The position numbers and the translations under genes were made by a program. A stretch of 64,000 bases of DNA from Alphaproteobacteria bacterium. Lineage in GTDB: Bacteria; Pseudomonadota; Alphaproteobacteria; MPNO01. The stretch covers positions 1,344,001 to 1,408,000 of the forward strand of contig CBDFLJ010000002.1 of NCBI GenBank assembly GCA_965248835.1, written 5' to 3'. Below, piece after piece: positions 31,283 through 40,791 of this stretch. How positions within the stretch are numbered: the stretch's first letter is position 1; every line of letters starts with the position of its first letter. Under the pieces are notes generated by a model, which was not told the DNA's origin, did not search any database, and saw only the letters and a program-made list of their open reading frames with translations.

Positions 31283-31953
31283 ACGGGCCGCTGCCGGTCA
31301 TCGCGATCGTCGGCGGCACCGGTGCCGAGGGCACGGGCCTGGCGGTGCGCTGGGCGCGCGCCGGCTATCGGGTGGTGATCGGCTCGCGTTCGGCCGACCG
31401 TGCCGCCGAGACCGCCGCCGGGCTCGCCAGACACGGCAGTGTCGAGGGCGCGGCCAACGCCGATGCGGCGGCGGCGGCGGACATTGTCGTGGTCACCGTC
31501 CCCTACGCCGCACAGCGGCCGACCCTGGAGGACATCAAGCACGCGCTGGCCGGCAAGATCGTCGTCGATGTGACCGTCCCGCTGGTGCCGCCGCGCGTCG
31601 CGCGGGTGCAGCTCCCCGAGGAGGGATCGGCCGCGCTGATCGCCCGGTCGATCCTGGGCAAGGATGTCCGCCTGGTCTCCGCCTTCCAGAACGTCGCCGC
31701 CGACCACCTGGCCGATCCGAGCCACGAGACCGATTGCGACGTTTTGGTGTGCGGCGACGACAGGGAAGCGCGCGCCGAGGTGGTGCGGTTGATCGAGGCC
31801 ACGGGGCTGCGCGGGCTGGAGGCCGGCCCGCTGGACAACGCCGTCGCCGCCGAGGCGCTGACCTCGGTGCTGATCTGGATGAACCGGCGCTACAAGTCGC
31901 CGGGTGCGGGTATCCGGATCACCGGGCTGCCCGGTGAGGACGCGGCCGATTGA
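31279..31953 (+). CDS. npdG: F420H2:NADP+ oxidoreductase (Fno/NpdG)
   Basis: IAIVGGTGAEG.GLA.RWA, IGSR, VSAFQNV, E.LT.VLI..N..YK....GIRITG. Confidence 0.92.
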   Translation: MNGPLPVIAIVGGTGAEGTGLAVRWARAGYRVVIGSRSADRAAETAAGLARHGSVEGAANADAAAAADIVVVTVPYAAQRPTLEDIKHALAGKIVVDVTVPLVPPRVARVQLPEEGSAALIARSILGKDVRLVSAFQNVAADHLADPSHETDCDVLVCGDDREARAEVVRLIEATGLRGLEAGPLDNAVAAEALTSVLIWMNRRYKSPGAGIRITGLPGEDAAD

Positions 31954-32714
31954 CCCGCGGCTCGCCGCGGCTCGTGATCTCCGCGCCGTCCGGTATCGGC
32001 CGGATCGCCGAGGGCGCGGATTTGTGCACGGTCGTCCTGGATGCGCTGGCGCGCGAGGATGAAGCTCTCGCAGTCGGCGACATCGTGGTGCTGGCCCAGA
32101 AGATCGTCTCCAAGGCCGAAGGCCGCCTGGTCGATCTGGCCGCGGTAAGGCCGTCCGCCCCCGCGCGCGCGCTGGCGGCCGAAACCGCGAAAGACCCGCG
32201 TGTGGTCGAGCTGATCCTGCGCGAGTCCGAGCAGGTCGTCCGGTCCCGTCCGGGGTTGATCATCGTCCGTCACCGGCTGGGCTACGTCCTCGCCAATGCG
32301 GGGATCGATGCATCGAACGTCGGCGAAGGCCGGGTCCTGTTGCTGCCCGAAGACCCCGACCGGAGTTGCGCGGCTATCAGGGCGGAGCTTGAACGCCGTA
32401 CCGGGGTTGCGCCGGGCGTGATCATCAACGACAGCCTGGGCCGTGCCTGGCGGCTCGGGACGACAGGCACCGCGCTTGGCGCCGCGGGGCTTGCCGCGCT
32501 CAAGGACATGCGCGGCAGCCTGGACCTCTTCGGCCGGCCGTTGCAGGTCAGCGAGATCGGCCTTGCCGACGAGGTCGCCGCGGCGGCTTCGATCGTCATG
32601 GGCCAGGCCGCGGAGGCGCGGCCGGTCGTCCTGGTCCGCGGCCTGCCCTACCCGCCCGAAGACGGGCGCGGCGCGGACCTGATCCGGCCGGCCGCGCTCG
32701 ACCTGTTCGGCTGA
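31950..32714 (+). CDS. cofE: Coenzyme F420-0:L-glutamate ligase (stand-alone, no nitroreductase domain)
   Basis: QKIVSKAEGR, ANAGIDASN, LLPEDPD.S, DS.GRAWR.G, ADE.AAAA. Confidence 0.93.
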   Translation: MTRGSPRLVISAPSGIGRIAEGADLCTVVLDALAREDEALAVGDIVVLAQKIVSKAEGRLVDLAAVRPSAPARALAAETAKDPRVVELILRESEQVVRSRPGLIIVRHRLGYVLANAGIDASNVGEGRVLLLPEDPDRSCAAIRAELERRTGVAPGVIINDSLGRAWRLGTTGTALGAAGLAALKDMRGSLDLFGRPLQVSEIGLADEVAAAASIVMGQAAEARPVVLVRGLPYPPEDGRGADLIRPAALDLFG

Positions 32715-32715
32715 C

Positions 32716-33681
32716 ATGGAAGACGCGCCGCGATATCTGGCGCTCGCCGGCGGGGTCGGCGGCGCCAAGCTCGCCGAAGGGCTGACGCAGATCCTGCCGG
32801 CCGACAGCCTGGTGGTCGCGGTCAACACGGCCGATGACTTCGAGCATCTGGGCCTCCACATTTCGCCCGATCTGGATACGGTGATGTACACGCTCGCCGG
32901 GCGCAACAACGCCGAGACCGGCTGGGGGCTCGCCGGCGAGACCTGGTCGTTCATGGAAGCGCTCGGCGATCTGGGAGGCGAGACCTGGTTCAGTCTAGGC
33001 GACCGGGACCTTGCAACCCACCTGGTCCGTACGCATGCGCTTCGATCCGGCCGATCGCTGTCCGACATCACGACCTCGTTGAGCCGGGCGATGGGCATCG
33101 ATCATACGATCGTACCGATGAGCGACGAAGCGGTGCGCACGATCGTCCAGACCGCCGATGGCGCGCTGCCCTTCCAGGACTATTTCGTCCGCCTCGCCTG
33201 CGCGCCCGTCGTGACGGGCTTTGCTTTCGAGGGGATCGCCGACGCCAGCCCTTCACCCGGCCTCGTCGCCGCCCTGGCCGAGCCCGGTCTTGGTGCGGTC
33301 CTGATCGGGCCGTCGAACCCCTATGTCAGCATTGCGCCGATCCTCGCCATCCCGGCGGTGGCGGCATTCCTCGACCGGCGGGCGGTGCCGGTGATCGCGG
33401 TCTCGCCGATCGTCGGCGGTGCGGCGATCAAAGGCCCGGCGGCGAAGATGATGGCGGAACTCGGCGCCGAGATAAGCGCGAGCGGGATCGCGCGGCATTA
33501 CGGCGACCGCCTGGACGGGATCGTCATCGACCGGACCGATGCCGCCCTCGCCGCAGAATTGCGCGCCGCCGGGCTCGCCGTCGCCGTCGCGCCGACGGTA
33601 GTTACAAGCCCGCAGGATCGCCGTGCGCTCGCCCGCGTGGTGGTCGATTTCGCCGCCGATGTCGCACCGAGGCCGCGATGA
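32716..33681 (+). CDS. cofD: 2-phospho-L-lactate / phosphoenolpyruvate transferase (CofD/FbiA)
   Basis: LAGGVGGAKL, NTADD, ISPDLDTVMYTLAG, WF.LGDRDLATH, PSNPYVSI, KGPA. Confidence 0.95.
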   Translation: MEDAPRYLALAGGVGGAKLAEGLTQILPADSLVVAVNTADDFEHLGLHISPDLDTVMYTLAGRNNAETGWGLAGETWSFMEALGDLGGETWFSLGDRDLATHLVRTHALRSGRSLSDITTSLSRAMGIDHTIVPMSDEAVRTIVQTADGALPFQDYFVRLACAPVVTGFAFEGIADASPSPGLVAALAEPGLGAVLIGPSNPYVSIAPILAIPAVAAFLDRRAVPVIAVSPIVGGAAIKGPAAKMMAELGAEISASGIARHYGDRLDGIVIDRTDAALAAELRAAGLAVAVAPTVVTSPQDRRALARVVVDFAADVAPRPR

Positions 33682-34304
33682 GGCTCGCCGCTGTCGTTCC
33701 CGTGCGCTCGCTCGCCGGGGGCAAAGCGCGGCTCGCCGGCGTGCTCGACGACGGGATGCGGGCAAGGCTCAACGCGGCGCTGATGACCCACACACTGGCC
33801 CTGACCGCCTCCCTTCCGGGCTGCGCGAGGACGTTCGTCGTCAGCCCGGACTCCGAAGCCGGCGCCCGCGCCGCGGCGCTGGGCGGCACCCTGGTCGATG
33901 ACCCCGGCCAGGGCCTGAACGCCGCGGTCGCCGCCGGCCTTGCAGCCGCACGCGATCATGGCATCGAACGGGCGCTCATCCTGCCGATCGATCTGCCCCA
34001 GGCGCGGCCCGAGGATATCGCTGCCCTGGCGGCCTGTGCCGCACCTGTGGTCATCGTTCCGGACCGCTATGGCGCGGGCACCAACGCGCTATGCCTTTCG
34101 ACCGGGCTCGCGTTTGCGCCCCGCTTCGGCGCGGACAGCTTTCGCGCGCATATCGCCGAGGGCCGCCGCCTGGGCGCAACCATCGCGATCAGACGCAACC
34201 CGCTTCTGGCTCTCGATATCGACACCGAATCCGATTGGCGGGATTGGGGCCGCGCGGACGACCGCACCGCCTGGATCGACCAGCGTGTCCGAAACGCGTC
34301 CTAA
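33678..34304 (+). CDS. cofC: 2-phospho-L-lactate / PEP guanylyltransferase (CofC/FbiD)
   Basis: VVPVR....K.RL, GLNAA, DLP, GTNAL, FGADSF..H, LDIDT..D. Confidence 0.9.
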   Translation: MRLAAVVPVRSLAGGKARLAGVLDDGMRARLNAALMTHTLALTASLPGCARTFVVSPDSEAGARAAALGGTLVDDPGQGLNAAVAAGLAAARDHGIERALILPIDLPQARPEDIAALAACAAPVVIVPDRYGAGTNALCLSTGLAFAPRFGADSFRAHIAEGRRLGATIAIRRNPLLALDIDTESDWRDWGRADDRTAWIDQRVRNAS

Positions 34305-34325
34305 AGGAGCCGCGCACCGGGAAGC

Positions 34326-34354
34326 TTGCGGTGTGGCTCGATCGCTGGCTACAT
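34326..34354 (+). promoter_or_regulatory. Putative sigma70 promoter of the aap operon
   Basis: TTGCGG-N17-CTACAT about 60 bp upstream of aapJ. Confidence 0.45.
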
Positions 34355-34415
34355 AGTGCCTCGGCCGGTGCCCGCGAGGTGCCGGATTGGTCCCAATCAA
34401 ACTGGGAGAAACAGC

Positions 34416-35444
34416 ATGAAACTCACAGCCCTTGTGGGCGTCGCGGCAATCGCCGGAACCATGGCGATGGCCGGTGCCGTGCCCGGTCAGGCGGCGACCC
34501 TCGACGACGTACGTGCTGCCGGTGAATTGAAGTGCGGAATCAATACCGGTATCGCGGGCTTCGCCTACACCGACGACCAAGGCAAATGGAGCGGATTCGA
34601 CGTTGCCTACTGCCGGGCGCTCGCCGCCGCGGTGCTGGGCGATTCGAGCAAGATCAAGTTCGTCAACCTGACCGGCAAGAATCGGTTTCCGGCCCTCCAG
34701 TCGGGCGAGATCGACGTGCTGTCGCGCAACACGACCTGGACCTTCTCGCGCGATGTCGACCTCGGATTCACATTCATCGGGGTCAACTACTACGACGGTC
34801 AGGGTTTCATCGGACGCAAGTCGTTGGGCGTGATGAGCGCGAAGGAGCTGAACGGAGCCTCGATCTGCATCCAGACCGGCACCACCACCGAGCTCAACCT
34901 TGCGGACTTCGCCCGCACCAACAACATCAAGTACGAGCCGGTGCCGATCGAGACGAACGCGGAGGCGCGCGCCGCCTATCAGGCCGAGCGTTGCGACGTC
35001 TACACGACGGACGCATCCGGCCTCGCGGCCACGAAGGCGACCTTCGAGGACGCCGACAAGCACATGGTGTATCCCGAAATCATCTCCAAGGAGCCGCTGG
35101 GTCCGCTGGTACGCCAGGGCGACGACCAGTGGGCGGACATCGCGCGCTGGGTGCTCAACGCGCTCATCATCGCCGAGGAGAACGGCGTGACCCAGGGCAA
35201 CGTGGCGGCCATGGCCAAAGGGACGGCCAACCCTGAAATCAACCGCATGCTCGGGGCGGAGGGCAGCTTCGGCCAGAAGCTCGGGCTCGACGGCCAGTGG
35301 GCGGTTCAGGCGATCGCGGCCGAGGGCAACTATGCCGAGATCTTCAACCGCTACATCGGTCCGGACACCAAGCTTGGCCTCGGACGGGGTCTGAACGCGC
35401 TTTACAAGGATGGCGGCATCCTCTACGCGCCGCCGTTCAGATAA
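34416..35444 (+). CDS. aapJ: General L-amino acid ABC transporter substrate-binding protein (AapJ/BztA)
   Basis: Signal peptide, RF.ALQSGEIDVLSRNTTWT, YYDGQGF, GTTTE, ISKEPLGP, GGILYAPPFR. Confidence 0.93.
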   Translation: MKLTALVGVAAIAGTMAMAGAVPGQAATLDDVRAAGELKCGINTGIAGFAYTDDQGKWSGFDVAYCRALAAAVLGDSSKIKFVNLTGKNRFPALQSGEIDVLSRNTTWTFSRDVDLGFTFIGVNYYDGQGFIGRKSLGVMSAKELNGASICIQTGTTTELNLADFARTNNIKYEPVPIETNAEARAAYQAERCDVYTTDASGLAATKATFEDADKHMVYPEIISKEPLGPLVRQGDDQWADIARWVLNALIIAEENGVTQGNVAAMAKGTANPEINRMLGAEGSFGQKLGLDGQWAVQAIAAEGNYAEIFNRYIGPDTKLGLGRGLNALYKDGGILYAPPFR

Positions 35445-35460
35445 GCCGAACCGGGCTCGA

Positions 35461-35512
35461 ACCCGCCCGACGGCGACTGCCGCCGGGCGGGTCGGGCAGC
35501 CGCTCGGCTGCC
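35461..35512 (+). promoter_or_regulatory. Two GC-rich stem-loops between aapJ and aapQ (likely mRNA-stabilising or attenuating)
   Basis: ACCCGCCCG...CGGGCGGGT (35461-35492) and GGCAGCCG-CT-CGGCTGCC (35495-35512); no U tail. Confidence 0.5.
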
Positions 35513-35571
35513 TCTCGATCGAAACGATCGACATGGTCGGTAACCCAATGTCCGGCAGATAGCGGGCGCCG

Positions 35572-36726
35572 ATGCGCGTGAGCCGCCTGTGGACGGACGA
35601 GAGGGCGCGCGGGGTCGTCTTCCAGCTCCTGCTGATCCTCGGCCTGACGCTCGTTGTCGCCTTCATCGCGGTGAACACGATCGCGAACCTGCAGCGCGCC
35701 GGTCTCGCTTCGGGCTACGGCTTCCTGTTCGATACCGCCGCGTTCGACATCAACCAGCGGCTGATCCAGTACGACTCGACGTCGACCTACGGGCGGGCGT
35801 TCATCGTCGGCGGCCTCAACACGATCGTCGTCGCGGCGCTCGGAATCGTCGCGGCCACGATCATCGGCTTCGTCGCCGGCGTGCTGCGGCTGTCGAACAA
35901 CTTCCTCATCAGCCGGACCGTCGCCGTGTACGTGGAGTTCACGCGCAACGTCCCCGTGCTGCTCCAGATCATCTTCTGGTGGGTCATCATGCTGGCGTTG
36001 CCGCGGGTTCGCGACAGCATCTCGCTCGGCGATACGTTCTTTCTCAACAACCGCGGCATCCGGATGCCTTCGCCGGTATTCGAGGACGGCTCGTCATTCC
36101 TTCTGCTGGCGCTCGCGGTCGGCCTGGCCGCGACCTTCGTCGTCTCGCGCTGGGCCAGGGCCCGCCAGGACGCGACCGGCCAAGGGTTCCCGGTCGGGTG
36201 GGCCGGGCTCGCCCTCATCACCGGCCTGCCGCTCGTGGCCTACCTCATTCTCGGCCGGCCGATCGGATTCGACGCCCCGACCATGGGCAAGTTCAACCTG
36301 CAAGGCGGGTTCAACATTACCCCGGAGCTGGGGGCCCTCTGGCTCGCCCTGTCGACCTATACCGGAGCGTTCATATCGGAGATCGTTCGCTCCGGCATTC
36401 TTTCGGTGAACAAGGGACAGACGGAAGCGGCCGGGGCGCTCGGCCTTCGTCCCGGGCTTACGATGCGCAGGATCATCCTGCCGCAAGCGTTGCGGGTGAT
36501 CATCCCGCCTCTCACCAGCCAGTACCTCAATCTCACCAAGAACTCCTCGCTGGCAGTCGCCATCGGATACCAGGATCTCGTCTCGATCGGCGACACCATC
36601 CTGAACCAGAGCGGACAGGCGCTGGAGGTGATCTCGATCTACATGATCGTCTACCTCTCTCTCAGTTTGCTCACGTCTGGTTTCATGAACTGGTACAACG
36701 CGCGCATCGCGCTGGTGGAACGATGA
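35572..36726 (+). CDS. aapQ: Amino acid ABC transporter permease (AapQ/BztB)
   Basis: YVEFTRNVPVLLQI, EIVRSGI..V.KGQTEAA, PPLTSQYLNLTKNSSLA, MNWYNAR. Confidence 0.93.
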   Translation: MRVSRLWTDERARGVVFQLLLILGLTLVVAFIAVNTIANLQRAGLASGYGFLFDTAAFDINQRLIQYDSTSTYGRAFIVGGLNTIVVAALGIVAATIIGFVAGVLRLSNNFLISRTVAVYVEFTRNVPVLLQIIFWWVIMLALPRVRDSISLGDTFFLNNRGIRMPSPVFEDGSSFLLLALAVGLAATFVVSRWARARQDATGQGFPVGWAGLALITGLPLVAYLILGRPIGFDAPTMGKFNLQGGFNITPELGALWLALSTYTGAFISEIVRSGILSVNKGQTEAAGALGLRPGLTMRRIILPQALRVIIPPLTSQYLNLTKNSSLAVAIGYQDLVSIGDTILNQSGQALEVISIYMIVYLSLSLLTSGFMNWYNARIALVER

Positions 36727-37838
36727 GCGGCGAGCGTCCATTCCACCGCAGCCAGGCCGAGATGATGCCCCAACGCCAGCCACCGGCGGCGACCATCGGG
36801 GTGATCGGCTGGGTCCGCGCAAACCTGTTCTCGAGCTACCTCAACATCGCGTTAACCCTGATGTCGGCCGGGCTGCTCTGGGTTGCCGTGCCGCCGTTCC
36901 TCGACTGGGCGCTCTTCGGGGCCGACTTCAGCGGCGCCACCGGGGAAGACTGCACCGGCCGCGGCGCTTGCTGGGCGTGGCTCGACCAGCGTATCGAGCA
37001 GTTCCTCTACGGCTTCTATCCAGCGGAGTCCTACTGGCGGGTCAATCTCGCCGTCGCCCTGCTGGCGCCGGCGCTCGCCTACGTCCTGTTCGAGAATATG
37101 CCCTATGCCCGTTACGGGCGCTGGTTCTCGGTCGCCTATCCGGTGATCGCGGCCATCCTGCTGGTCGGCGGCTTCGGTCTCGAAGGCGTTACCACCGACA
37201 AGTTCGGCGGCTTCATGCTGAACCTCGTCGCCGGACTCGCGGGCATCGTCCTGTCGCTGCCGATCGGTATCCTGCTGGCCCTCGGCCGGCGCTCGCACCT
37301 GCCGATAGTGCGTGTCCTGTCGGTCGTGTTCATCGAGATGATCCGCGGGGTCCCGCTGATCACGCTGCTCTTCGTCGCCATCGTCATCCTGCAGTTGTTC
37401 CTGCCTCCGCAGGTGTCGCTCGACCAGCTCATCCGGGTCATGATCATGATCACCCTGTTCGCTTCGTCCTATATGGCGGAGGTCATCCGGGGTGGTCTGC
37501 AAGCGATACCCCAGGGCCAGCACGAGGCGGCGCAGGCGATGGGGCTGGGCTACTGGAAGATGATGCGCCTCATCGTCCTGCCCCAGGCGCTCAAGATCTC
37601 GATCCCCGGAATCGTCAACACGTTCATCGGTCTGTTCAAGGATACGACGCTCGTCATCATCATCGGTCTCTTTGATATTCTCGGCCAGGCGCGCCTGCTG
37701 CAGACCAATCCGGAATGGATCGGCGAAGTGGATCACGAGACATTCCTGCTGGCGGCGCTGTTCTTCTTCGTGATTTGCTTCTCCATGTCGCGCTATTCGA
37801 TCAATCTCGAGAAGCGTCTGGACCCGACACGACGATAG
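36723..37838 (+). CDS. aapM: Amino acid ABC transporter permease (AapM/BztC)
   Basis: ATG at 36723 overlapping the aapQ stop; [40 protein letters not shown]. Confidence 0.93.
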   Translation: MSGERPFHRSQAEMMPQRQPPAATIGVIGWVRANLFSSYLNIALTLMSAGLLWVAVPPFLDWALFGADFSGATGEDCTGRGACWAWLDQRIEQFLYGFYPAESYWRVNLAVALLAPALAYVLFENMPYARYGRWFSVAYPVIAAILLVGGFGLEGVTTDKFGGFMLNLVAGLAGIVLSLPIGILLALGRRSHLPIVRVLSVVFIEMIRGVPLITLLFVAIVILQLFLPPQVSLDQLIRVMIMITLFASSYMAEVIRGGLQAIPQGQHEAAQAMGLGYWKMMRLIVLPQALKISIPGIVNTFIGLFKDTTLVIIIGLFDILGQARLLQTNPEWIGEVDHETFLLAALFFFVICFSMSRYSINLEKRLDPTRR

Positions 37839-37851
37839 AGGAGGAAGCGCG

Positions 37852-38646
37852 ATGTCAGCCGCCGGGACGAATGTCGAGACGCCGCCGACGGGTACGAGCG
37901 ATGCGGGCATCGATCCGATCATCCGGATTGACGGCCTCAACAAGTGGTTCGGACCCTTCCACGTTCTGCGTGACATCAACCTGGAGGTGGCGCCCCAGGA
38001 ACGGATCGTCATCTGCGGGCCGTCGGGTTCCGGCAAGTCGACGCTCATTCGCTGCATCAACCGGCTGGAAGGGCACCAGGAGGGATCGATTACCGTAGAC
38101 GGCACCAAGCTTACGCACGATCTCAAGAACATCGACGCGATTCGGCGCGAGGTCGGCATGGTGTTTCAGCAGTTCAACCTGTTTCCGCACCTGACGGTGC
38201 TGGAGAACTGCGCGTTGGCCCCGATCTGGGTGCGAAAGATGCCGCGCGAGGAGGCGGAGGGAATCGCCATGGAGTACCTCGAACGGGTCAGGATCCCCGA
38301 TCAGGCGCGGAAGTATCCCGGCCAGTTGTCCGGCGGCCAACAGCAACGGGTGGCGATCGCGCGGTCGCTTTGCATGCGGCCCAAGATCATGCTGTTCGAC
38401 GAGCCGACCTCGGCGCTCGATCCCGAGATGATCAAGGAAGTGCTGGAGGTAATGGTCGATCTGGCCGACTCCGGCATGACCATGCTGGTCGTCACCCACG
38501 AGATGGGCTTCGCCTCGCAGGTCGCGAATCGAGTGATCTTCATGGACGAAGGTCAGATCGTCGAGCAGAACACGCCCGATGAATTCTTCAACAACCCGCG
38601 GTCCGATCGGACGAAGCTGTTCCTGAGCCAGATCCTCCACCATTGA
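37852..38646 (+). CDS. aapP: Amino acid ABC transporter ATP-binding protein (AapP/BztD)
   Basis: [37 protein letters not shown]. Confidence 0.95.
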   Translation: MSAAGTNVETPPTGTSDAGIDPIIRIDGLNKWFGPFHVLRDINLEVAPQERIVICGPSGSGKSTLIRCINRLEGHQEGSITVDGTKLTHDLKNIDAIRREVGMVFQQFNLFPHLTVLENCALAPIWVRKMPREEAEGIAMEYLERVRIPDQARKYPGQLSGGQQQRVAIARSLCMRPKIMLFDEPTSALDPEMIKEVLEVMVDLADSGMTMLVVTHEMGFASQVANRVIFMDEGQIVEQNTPDEFFNNPRSDRTKLFLSQILHH

Positions 38647-38710
38647 GCCCGGCACGACCTCCACGCCGTAAGCTGACCGAGGCGTCCCCGCATCACCAGA
38701 AGAGGCAACG

Positions 38711-39622
38711 ATGCACTACGACTACGTCCCCATGCCGGCGCGCAAGCCGCTGCGATGGCCGAACGGCAAGCGCCTGGCGTTGATGATGACCTTCAACCTG
38801 GAATACTGGGATCTGACCAAGGACAGCGAAGCGCCCTACTACGCCGGCGGGCCGCCGATCCTGCCCGACCCGCTGCCCGGCAACGTGGCCGACTACCCCA
38901 ACTACTCCTGGCGCGAATACGGCCAGCGGGTCGGGATCTGGCGGCTGATCGATCTGTTCGACAAGGCCGGCGTGCCGGCGACGTGCACGATGAACGCCAA
39001 GATGGGGCTGGAGCGGCGGGAAGCGGTCGATGCGATCAACGAGCGCGGCTGGGAGCTTATCGCCCACAACTATTCACAGTCCGAACTCCTGACCGATTAC
39101 GCCTTCGATCCCGACCAGGAGCGCGCGGTCATTCGCGAGACCTTGAAGGTCTACCGGGATGTCGTCGGCCGCCCGGCCCAAGGTTGGCTTTCCTCTTCGC
39201 TGCGCTGCACCGAGAACACGTCCGACATCATCGCCGAAGAGGGGTTGATCTTCCACACCGACTACCTCAACGACGACCAGCCCTACCTGATCCAAACCGC
39301 GTCCGGCCCGATCGTCTCGATTCCCTACTCCAACGAGGTCAACGACTTCATGATCTATTTCCGCCGCGGCATGTCGAACGACCAGGCCTTCGAGGTGCTC
39401 AAGGATCAGTTCGACGAGCTATACGCCGAAGGCGCCGAAAGCGGCCGGATGATGAACGTCGGCATCCACCCGCATGTCTGGGGCCAGCCGTTCCGGGTCC
39501 GTGCGCTCAGGGATTTCCTCGACTACGCCAAGGGCTTCGAGGGGGTGTGGTGGGCCAAGCGCGAGGAGATCGCGCAGTGGTACCTGGAAAACCACCGCAG
39601 CCATATCGGCGAGGACGGATGA
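38711..39622 (+). CDS. Polysaccharide deacetylase (CE4) family, PuuE/allantoinase-like hydrolase
   Basis: LRWPNGKRLAL, NLEYW, SWREYG.RVGIWR, GWLS, NDDQPY, IPYS.EVND, GIHPH..GQPFR. Confidence 0.85.
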   Translation: MHYDYVPMPARKPLRWPNGKRLALMMTFNLEYWDLTKDSEAPYYAGGPPILPDPLPGNVADYPNYSWREYGQRVGIWRLIDLFDKAGVPATCTMNAKMGLERREAVDAINERGWELIAHNYSQSELLTDYAFDPDQERAVIRETLKVYRDVVGRPAQGWLSSSLRCTENTSDIIAEEGLIFHTDYLNDDQPYLIQTASGPIVSIPYSNEVNDFMIYFRRGMSNDQAFEVLKDQFDELYAEGAESGRMMNVGIHPHVWGQPFRVRALRDFLDYAKGFEGVWWAKREEIAQWYLENHRSHIGEDG

Positions 39623-39694
39623 CCGACCGGCGCATCTTCGACGCGGCAACGCCACGCAGAGCGTGAAAAACAAAGACCCGTTTCGAGGCGGACT

Positions 39695-40720
39695 CTAAGC
39701 CCGGGTGCCGTATTCATCAGCGATCATGCTATCGACGATTTCGCGCATGGCGATCAGCGGGCGGTCGCTGGCGATCTGCTGCATGGGTATCTCGGGATGG
39801 GCGTCGAGCGAGCGCTGCTGATGCTCGATTGCCCAGACGTCCTCGTCGATCACCGAATTGAGGAAACGCCAGGAATCGGATGACGGCGGGGACTCGTGGG
39901 CGACGACCTGGAAGTAGTGGGTGCTGCACTCGGTCTCCGGAGTGATGAAATGGTGCGGCCGGATCGCCCAGCGGCCCCGGCCCGGCGGCAGGGTGCTTTC
40001 CGGGCCATCGCTTCCGACCTCGGCGACACCGGTGTGGATGCGGTAGAAGGACGGGCCGCGGAACTCGACGATATGCCAGCGGTCGACGTTTCCGGTCGCG
40101 TTGGCCAGCCGCCCATAGCCGGCCGGCGCCGGGATGTCTCGGCTCTGGCGAACGAAATCGTATCCGAACCCGTTGACCCGCAGCTCCATCTCGGCCGGCC
40201 CCATGTCTTCGTTGCCGCCGCCCGACGGGATGTGCAGATAGGCCACGTGCAGCAGGTCCGCGAGGTTGTCGTTGAGCAGCAGGTAGTTCGCCGCCGCGCG
40301 GCGATAGAGCCTGGTGGCGTGCCAGTCGGGGTTCTCGAGCCAGCTACAGTCGAAGATCCGCGCCGCATCGGCCTGGCCGGGCGGACCCATCCACAGCCAT
40401 ACCAGGCCGCACCGCTCCTCGACCGGATATTTGCGGATCCGGATCTCGCCCGGGCTTTCCTGCCCCGGAACACGCACGCACGTCCCCGTCTCATCGTAGG
40501 TGAGGCCGTGATAGGGGCAGATCAGCGTATCGTCTTCGCTGATCCGGCCGAGCGACAGCGGCATGCGGCGGTGCGCGCAGCGGTCCTCCAGCGCCACGAC
40601 CCGGCCCTGCGAGGTCCGGAAAAAGACGACCGGGTCGCCGATGATGGTGCGCGCCAGAGGCTGCCGCTGACCGACCTCCTCCGACCAGGCCCCGACATAC
40701 CAGCAGTTTCTGATGAACAT
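39695..40720 (-). CDS. Rieske non-heme iron oxygenase alpha subunit (VanA-like)
   Basis: MFIRNCWYV, DRCAHR...CPYHG Rieske ligands, NLADLLHVAYLH and EDV mononuclear-iron motifs. Confidence 0.9.
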   Translation of the reverse strand: MFIRNCWYVGAWSEEVGQRQPLARTIIGDPVVFFRTSQGRVVALEDRCAHRRMPLSLGRISEDDTLICPYHGLTYDETGTCVRVPGQESPGEIRIRKYPVEERCGLVWLWMGPPGQADAARIFDCSWLENPDWHATRLYRRAAANYLLLNDNLADLLHVAYLHIPSGGGNEDMGPAEMELRVNGFGYDFVRQSRDIPAPAGYGRLANATGNVDRWHIVEFRGPSFYRIHTGVAEVGSDGPESTLPPGRGRWAIRPHHFITPETECSTHYFQVVAHESPPSSDSWRFLNSVIDEDVWAIEHQQRSLDAHPEIPMQQIASDRPLIAMREIVDSMIADEYGTRA

Positions 40721-40791
40721 CACCTGCTCTCCCGATGAGCGCTCGAGCCTGGACCGCCCGCGCCTGAATGGCAAGCCGCAGACGCAGGCGG

